Shown: piece by piece, positions 26,881 to 32,000 of the stretch
Layout of the letters: every line of letters starts with the position of its first letter
Numbering within the stretch: position 1 is the first letter of the stretch
NCBI RefSeq assembly: GCF_000018105.1
Contig: NC_009927.1
Location: forward strand, 90,001 to 122,000
DNA length: 32,000 bases
Source: Acaryochloris marina MBIC11017
GTDB taxonomy: Bacteria > Cyanobacteriota > Cyanobacteriia > Thermosynechococcales > Thermosynechococcaceae
Reading direction: 5' to 3'
Notes under the pieces: generated by a model
Databases searched by the model: none
What the model saw: only the letters and a program-made list of their open reading frames with translations
What the model was told of the DNA's origin: nothing
Position numbers and translations under genes: made by a program

Positions 26881-26911
26881 GCTGAAACAGCCAATTCTTG
26901 GTCACGAGAAG
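26881..26911. other. Perfect 14-bp stem / 3-nt loop hairpin
   Basis: CCAAGAATTGGCTG-aaa-CAGCCAATTCTTGG, about 200 nt downstream of the thrS stop, with no U-tract. It shares the CCAAGAA...TTCTTGG ends with the hairpin at 21212. Confidence 0.55.
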
Positions 26912-27168
26912 TATGACTTGCCCAATTGCCCAGCGTTTAAGTGGACAGACTCCCTACTAAACACTTTTCCCTTCAAAAAGAAAGTTCACTTGAATTTAAT
27001 TTTGGGAAGGCTAAAGGTAGGACAGCAGTTCTGTACCTTTTTCCGAATGAAATCCTAGTCAAATTAAATAGCTTTTTCTATTAATCTCACAGCTTAAATC
27101 AGGTTCTTCCCTTTTCAATAAAACTGGAAGATTAAAAGGTTCCCACGATTCCCAATCAGGAGCTGCAT

Positions 27169-28101
27169 GTGCCTCAGCCCAAGGACCAACTCCCCAAAAT
27201 TCGGATTGGTGAGCTTCTTCTCCAGAAGGGATATCTTAATCCGACACAACTGAGACAAGCCTTAAACCTCCAACGTGGGAGTAAGCAGAAACTGGGAGAA
27301 GTTTTAATTCAGCAAGGTCTGATTAGTCAGGATCAACTCCAGCAAGGCCTAATCGAGCAACGATGGCGAAACTTGGTCACGTCAGTATTATTCTCGGTTA
27401 GTACGTTTGCGCCCAATCTACCGCAACTAACCTCTAGCGTAGAGACGCAAACAACCCTGGTGCAGAGCATGCGTAAACCTACCATAGAACTCATTGTTGA
27501 TGACGACATTAAAAGGGTTCACGCCAAGAAAGGGTATGGAGGAATTTCTACCCAGTCAGGACCTTCTAATACCAGAACGTTGTTTGCTTCTGCCACTCCT
27601 CTCCCTCAAAAGCCGACTGTAGATGATCCCTTGAGAGGTTTTTGTCATCCATTGAATGGTGAGGGGTGGTTAAGCCAGGGAATTCGGGGCAGAACCCACC
27701 AAGGTCGGATGGAGTATGCCTATGATCTAGCAATAAAGATTGGCACTCCCATCTATGCCATGAGGGCTGGTAAAGTGCTCGCACTAAGGGATAAATACCC
27801 TGATACGGGCGGTGGGAAAGAAAATGCAACTCGCTCTAATTTCATTTGGCTTGAGCATGAAGATGGATATCGGTCTATCTATGTCCACCTGCAGCAAGGC
27901 TTTAAGTCAAAAGTGAATCTCAAAGCCGGAGATTTTGTCGAAAAAGGTCAACTCATTGGTTACAGTGGGAACTCCGGTTGGAGTACCGGCCCTCACTTAC
28001 ATATTGAAGTGCAGAAACCGAGTCCTAGAAAACGGTTTACGAACTCAGTCCCTTTCGCTATTTCAGGTACCTGTAAAGATACCCCAATCGCTGACCAATA
28101 G
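27169..28101 (+). CDS. M23 (LytM-type) metallopeptidase with an N-terminal MshEN-like tandem motif
   Basis: GTG start as given in the ORF track. The N-terminus reads RIGELLLQKGYLNPTQLRQALNLQ-RGSKQ-KLGEVLIQQGLISQDQLQQGLIEQ. The C-terminus has THQGRMEYAYDLAIKIGTPIYAMRAGKV and GNSGWSTGPHLHIEV, the H...D and HxH M23 motifs. Confidence 0.8.
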   Translation: MPQPKDQLPKIRIGELLLQKGYLNPTQLRQALNLQRGSKQKLGEVLIQQGLISQDQLQQGLIEQRWRNLVTSVLFSVSTFAPNLPQLTSSVETQTTLVQSMRKPTIELIVDDDIKRVHAKKGYGGISTQSGPSNTRTLFASATPLPQKPTVDDPLRGFCHPLNGEGWLSQGIRGRTHQGRMEYAYDLAIKIGTPIYAMRAGKVLALRDKYPDTGGGKENATRSNFIWLEHEDGYRSIYVHLQQGFKSKVNLKAGDFVEKGQLIGYSGNSGWSTGPHLHIEVQKPSPRKRFTNSVPFAISGTCKDTPIADQ

Positions 28102-28191
28102 CTTAAATTACCTCTGTCTCTGCCGGAGGCTTATTATGGTTCACCCCTCAAGGGGGCAGGGGAATAACCCCCAAGGGGCAACTCTCTAACA

Positions 28192-28335
28192 TCAACATAA
28201 AGGCAGGTTCAGCTGCTCCAAGCGAGCATTTTCTAGCTCCTGATTGCGAATATATCCTTGAACCACCGCTTCATCCAAACCCACTACCGAAACATAGTAA
28301 CCTCGCGCCCAAAAGCTCTCTCCTGAATAAGTTCG
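28192..28335 (-). mobile_element. Relic of an IS200/IS605-type TnpA (C-terminal ~47 codons only)
   Basis: The reverse strand reads RTYSGESFWARGYYVSVVGLDEAVVQGYIRNQELENARLEQLNLPLC*. W.RGY.V..VG.....V..YI.NQE is the usual TnpA (Y1) C-terminus. There is no start codon or N-terminal part. GC-rich mini-hairpins lie nearby at 28143..28178. Confidence 0.5.
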
Positions 28336-29526
28336 TCACTGAAACTCTAATTCGTCGATTCGTTGGAGAAGAATATAAACTTCTTTACCCGGATGTAAAA
28401 CGATGGCTTGCTGTCCTTGGAACCAAAGATCTTGAACAATAAAGTATCTGCCACGTCGTCCCAGAATCTGATAAACCTTATATCTTTCCGGTTCAGCAAT
28501 GACAATCTGCTCACCAACTTGAATCATTGGAAATTCTTTTGGGGGAACAGCGCCCATCGGTAAATTCATTACCCAGTTGTGCCAACACCTCCAGCTTTCT
28601 CGAACTCCAAAAGGCACAGTTATATAGTCTTCATGCTCCCCTGTATCCTTGGCTAGTCGCCTTATAAATTCGTTGAACTCAGGAAGCGCATGCAACTCTA
28701 AAGGCATGAAGTGTTTATCTGTGGGGATACGGAACACATACCAATCCCCTGACTTCCGGTGGTCATTGATCTCTTGCCAATAGAGGTCTGTGAATACAGG
28801 AGCATCGCTTCCAGGATTCCGGTATTCAGTGCAGAATTGTTCTGCAAGTTCTTGGGTAATGAAGCTGTTCTTCTTATCTCTCATGAGAGAGTGTTGAGCA
28901 ACTTCCCTGGCGTCCATGTCAATGAGTCTTATTAGTTGAGCCTCATGCGTTTCGGCTATCTGACTATAGTTGATTTGCTCATGAACACCCGGCTCTAAAA
29001 GCGGAACCTCATACGGTTCATTCAACGATGGATCATAGCAAGGATCGTTGTTATCAAACTGGGGCTCAATCTCTTCCTGGCTTAATCGACAATTGATTCG
29101 GTGTTGATGAAGCACCATCTCCCATACCGTTAAACGACCAGATGGAATGGCTGAATCATAAGCCGATGAATACATAGCATTGTGTTGATTTTGCATATGC
29201 TCGATCACTGTCTCAATATCCCCTTGGGTCAGGGTTCCCTCAGCTTCAGTGGGTTCATCAATGTGGTGTAGCGCCGGATAATAACCAATCAATTGACCGT
29301 TATCGATCACGTTGAAGTTGATACCCATCCGGCTTGCTTCATTGATCCGATGAACCAACTCATTTATGTGATGGAGAATGCGATCTTCTGCATTCTCCAT
29401 GGCTTGGCGTAACCCCTCATCCATTGGCATCCGATAGAGCTGGTTCTGGTGGGCCATGGCCATCACATGGGCGAAGCCGCTGCAGTTGTTTGGAGGAAGT
29501 AGGTGCTGGCAAAGTCGAAGAAGCAA
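28336..29526 (-). CDS. Hypothetical His/Asp/Glu-rich protein, function unknown
   Basis: 396-aa ORF with alternative starts at M22/M24 (around 29463). It has no transmembrane segment or signal peptide and no motif I recognise. Several His pairs are present (LHHINELVH, ALHHIDEP, HMQNQH, LHQH). Divergent from folE across the 27-nt palindrome. Confidence 0.6.
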   Translation of the reverse strand: MLLRLCQHLLPPNNCSGFAHVMAMAHQNQLYRMPMDEGLRQAMENAEDRILHHINELVHRINEASRMGINFNVIDNGQLIGYYPALHHIDEPTEAEGTLTQGDIETVIEHMQNQHNAMYSSAYDSAIPSGRLTVWEMVLHQHRINCRLSQEEIEPQFDNNDPCYDPSLNEPYEVPLLEPGVHEQINYSQIAETHEAQLIRLIDMDAREVAQHSLMRDKKNSFITQELAEQFCTEYRNPGSDAPVFTDLYWQEINDHRKSGDWYVFRIPTDKHFMPLELHALPEFNEFIRRLAKDTGEHEDYITVPFGVRESWRCWHNWVMNLPMGAVPPKEFPMIQVGEQIVIAEPERYKVYQILGRRGRYFIVQDLWFQGQQAIVLHPGKEVYILLQRIDELEFQ

Positions 29527-29563
29527 TAGACATAAAGGTTTGAAGGGGTAGATAAAAGGTTGC

Positions 29564-29590
29564 CAATGATAATGATTATCATTATCATTG
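29564..29590. promoter_or_regulatory. 27-nt perfect palindrome, Zur-box-like (CAATGATAATGAT-T-ATCATTATCATTG)
   Basis: All 13 symmetric pairs were checked by hand. It contains the shared 18-mer (29571..29588) and TGATAATGATTATCA. It lies 38 nt from the longest start of the 396-aa ORF and 81 nt from the folE ATG. Confidence 0.75.
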
Positions 29591-29670
29591 TCTTTGACCT
29601 AGTTTGCTTTTGGATTGAAGCCGACTGGATCTCGAAGTGCCCCTTATTCCGTTCCGCGTTAGGAGTTTCT

Positions 29671-30303
29671 ATGACTGTGCCTTCCATCCCGACCTTTGTC
29701 CCTGCGCTTACCACTGAAGCTCAGCCCATCGTCTCGGAGGCCGAAATGCAGGCCGCCGTTCGTACGTTGTTGCTGGGCTTGGGTGAAGATCCCGATCGCG
29801 AAGGCCTCCGAGATACTCCTAAGCGAATGGTTAAAGCCTTAAAATTTCTGACTTCGGGTTATCAGCAATCCCTCGATGAATTGCTGAATGGGGCCATCTT
29901 CCCCGAAGACCTAGATGAAATGGTCTTGGTGCGTGATATTGATCTCTTTAGTTCCTGCGAACATCATATTTGGCCCATTATTGGCAAAGTCCATGTGGCC
30001 TATATCCCTAATGGCAAAGTGATTGGCCTGTCAAAAATCGCCCGCATCTGTGAGATGTATGCTCGGCGACTGCAGGTACAAGAACGGTTAACAGCTCAAA
30101 TTGCTGATGCCTTGCAGGGCCTCCTAAACCCCCAAGGGGTGGCTGTAGTTGTAGAAGCAAGCCATATGTGTATGGTGATGCGAGGGGTGCAAAAACCCGG
30201 ATCTTGGACTTCGACCAGTGCGATGCGAGGCGTGTTTTCCAGTGATTCTCGCACTCGCCAAGAATTTTTTAACCTGATCTCCCATTCACCAGCAAGTCGC
30301 TAG
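29671..30303 (+). CDS. folE: GTP cyclohydrolase I (FolE, type IA)
   Basis: I place the start at MTVPSIPTF with AGGAG 6 nt upstream; the ORF-track start at 29560 would translate the palindrome. [33 protein letters not shown] and [10 protein letters not shown] are canonical FolE motifs and include the Zn-ligand Cys/His. Confidence 0.9.
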   Translation: MTVPSIPTFVPALTTEAQPIVSEAEMQAAVRTLLLGLGEDPDREGLRDTPKRMVKALKFLTSGYQQSLDELLNGAIFPEDLDEMVLVRDIDLFSSCEHHIWPIIGKVHVAYIPNGKVIGLSKIARICEMYARRLQVQERLTAQIADALQGLLNPQGVAVVVEASHMCMVMRGVQKPGSWTSTSAMRGVFSSDSRTRQEFFNLISHSPASR

Positions 30304-30446
30304 TTACGGCTTCAGCCGGTCAGCACCGGGCTTTTGGGGGAGTGGTAAAAATACTCTGCTGAACCATCTCTCGTTCTTTAGGATTTTGTGGAGTGAATTG
30401 CTCAAATCCTTTTCAAAACTTTGTTCTGTAGTATATAGAGTCCATA

Positions 30447-30920
30447 ATGCCCTCACTCAATTCCTTCGTTCCCTTTACAAAGATTTGTCGAGCGATTGCC
30501 CCGGTCGCTGCTCTATGCTCAGTATTTGGGACGGTATTGGGCCAAGCAGCCCCCAGTCACGCTGTCACGCCGAGGTCACTCTTGACACCGTCGTTAATTC
30601 AGTCAATACCAATCACCACCTCTGTTGCAGAAGCCGTAAACCGGGTGCGTGGGGTTGAGCCCAAATTCTGTTGCCATATGCTGGCGTTAGCTATTGACGA
30701 GATCCTTGAGGATCCCCGTTTTGAAACAGCCCAGTGGGGCATTGTTGTTGAATCCATTACTGGGCCAACGGTTCTCTACCAACACAATTGAGATCGCGCC
30801 CTGATTCCGGCTTCGAATACCAAGCTGCTGACAACAATTGCTGCCATTAATGTCGTCAGCAATCGGGTTCCTGAAATGCCACTTTTCCAATTGCACTCAA
30901 CGTCTGAACGGTTTTGTTAA
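30447..30920 (+). pseudogene. D-Ala-D-Ala carboxypeptidase/endopeptidase (PBP4/DacB-like) remnant with an in-frame stop and a 3' truncation
   Basis: A signal-like N-terminus is followed by AQWGIVVESITGPTVLYQHN, then TGA (30789..30791), then in frame DRALIPASNTKLLTTIAA, which is the SxxK active-site box. The frame ends at 30920, leaving about 157 codons against the 450 or more expected. Confidence 0.6.
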
Positions 30921-31006
30921 ACCTTATTCGCCAAAAACTGATACTCCGGTGTTTACAGCTTTACTCTGGCTCCAGAAAGAGAAACTCCCCGTTTCGGCGG
31001 AGGCTG

Positions 31007-32000
31007 GTGGGCCTAATTTGTACTATCAGCCTGGCTACATTGCTTTTTACCCTTGGTGGGTTGCATACTTTAGCTCAAAATTCATCAGACTTGAACGACT
31101 TACAAGAGCGCCGGATACAAGTTGATGAACAGCGATCCAATGTTAGAAAGCAACGACAGCAGATTGAGAATCTGGAAGGTGCAGCCAAAAGACGTTTAGG
31201 GGGATTAGAGCGGAATATTCAGTTTACGGAAGGTCAAATTATGGAAAATGAAGTCAAACTCAAACAAGCCAACCAAACACTGCAGAAAATAGAAGCGGAT
31301 TTGACCGTAGCTGAAACCGCCTACAAAGAGAAACAGAGTAATACCGTTGCTCGCCTTCGGGTTCTGCAACGACAACGAGAATCCAGTACTTGGATTGTAT
31401 TATTACAGAGCCAATCGATAGAGGAACTGTTAGAGCGTCGATATCGGCTTCAACAGGTCTATAAAGCTGATCGCAAGTCGCTACTAGCACTCAAGACTGA
31501 AAAAGAAGAGATTAGTGACAAGAAACTCTTAGCAGAAATTCAGAAAAACCAGATTGCCCTTTTATCAGAACAACTCCAGTATCAAAAAGCGAATTACACA
31601 GCTCAAGCGTCTGTTCAAGCTGAATTGGTGACACGGCTAAAAACAGATCGACGCGCTTTAGAAGCTGCTGAGCAGCAATTATCTCAAGAAGCTAATAATC
31701 TTTCTAGCATCATTGCCCAACGCCTAGGCGAACAACAAGTGGCCTTCCGCTCTGGCACTCCCGGATATCAGCGTATATTGGGGACAGGACAACTGGTTAG
31801 ACCCGTAGTTGGACCCGTTACCAGTAATTTTGGCTATCGAATTCATCCCGTATTAGGAGGAAGACGGTTTCATGCTGGTACTGATTTTGGTGCTCCTACA
31901 GGTGCCCCGATTTTTGCGGCAGATAGCGGCACCGTAATTGTGGCTGAATGGTACGGTGGCTATGGCAATACGGTCATCGTTGACCATGGTAACGGCTTAA
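31007..32000 (+). CDS. Coiled-coil M23 peptidase (EnvC/NlpD-like); 3' end lies outside the window
   Basis: The frame is open from 30908 to the window end and is absent from the ORF track. It has a hydrophobic N-terminal segment GLICTISLATLLFTLGGL, a coiled coil of about 220 aa, then FGYRIHPVLGGRRFHAGTDFGAPTGAPIFAADSGTV...TVIVDHGNGL. The start is uncertain (GTG 31007 or TTG 30914). Confidence 0.8.
   Translation, partial: MGLICTISLATLLFTLGGLHTLAQNSSDLNDLQERRIQVDEQRSNVRKQRQQIENLEGAAKRRLGGLERNIQFTEGQIMENEVKLKQANQTLQKIEADLTVAETAYKEKQSNTVARLRVLQRQRESSTWIVLLQSQSIEELLERRYRLQQVYKADRKSLLALKTEKEEISDKKLLAEIQKNQIALLSEQLQYQKANYTAQASVQAELVTRLKTDRRALEAAEQQLSQEANNLSSIIAQRLGEQQVAFRSGTPGYQRILGTGQLVRPVVGPVTSNFGYRIHPVLGGRRFHAGTDFGAPTGAPIFAADSGTVIVAEWYGGYGNTVIVDHGNGL

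Noticed and set aside
25072-26890. 15-nt exact direct repeat CCAAGCCAAGAATTG (25072..25086 and 26876..26890) bracketing the leader-thrS unit, as possible module borders
   Set aside because: For a 32-kb window the expected number of chance same-strand 15-mer matches is about 0.5 (N^2/2 divided by 4^15), and the sequence is internally repetitive. The second copy is simply the 5' arm of the 26881 hairpin. It is not strong enough to claim a mobile cassette.
1-32000. tRNA, rRNA and CRISPR arrays
   Set aside because: I scanned by eye for T-loop GTTCGAATC-like boxes with acceptor pairing and for regularly spaced direct repeats, and found none. This is a visual scan only; tRNAscan-SE and a CRISPR finder should confirm it.

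Overview
The window looks cyanobacterial: it has at least six HIP1 GCGATCGC octamers (e.g. 1389, 3693, 12549, 17986, 24445, 25615) and FurA/FurB/SmtA-SmtB-type genes. It is mostly a metal, chiefly zinc, homeostasis neighbourhood with a lot of gene decay. Left to right:
- a partial TrxR-like flavoprotein divergent from a TetR gene, with two identical 21-nt operator-like repeats;
- three Fur paralogues (Zur-like, FurA-like, PerR-like) within 3.2 kb, plus a flavoprotein behind a Zur box;
- a ZigA-type COG0523 GTPase followed by an E. coli-type Zur-like gene, which recurs 14.6 kb away as a frameshifted copy;
- pilB;
- priA split by an intact ISL3-family IS with terminal inverted repeats and a perfect 8-bp target duplication;
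- an SmtA-type metallothionein missing from the ORF track, divergent from smtB;
- a fatty acyl-AMP ligase;
- cobW-type COG0523 and DUF1636 downstream of a cobalamin riboswitch that now fronts a 94-aa metE relic;
- cysS with a Zur-box core in its promoter;
- a thrS paralogue lacking the editing domain;
- an M23 peptidase with an MshEN-type c-di-GMP motif;
- an IS200-like relic;
- an unknown 396-aa protein divergent from folE across a 27-nt perfect palindrome;
- a dacB-like pseudogene and a second M23 peptidase that runs off the window.

The main candidate for something undescribed is two tandem Thr-codon-rich leader ORFs upstream of the thrS paralogue. Each ends in GGA GGG codons that can pair with the CCCTCC arm of a downstream intrinsic terminator, which is the layout of ribosome-mediated attenuation. 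Other leads are an exact 18-nt Zur-box motif at three promoters, a second foreign-type Zur/COG0523 module with its own palindrome, and the MshEN-M23 fusion. All homology calls come from motif recognition by eye; no searches were run.
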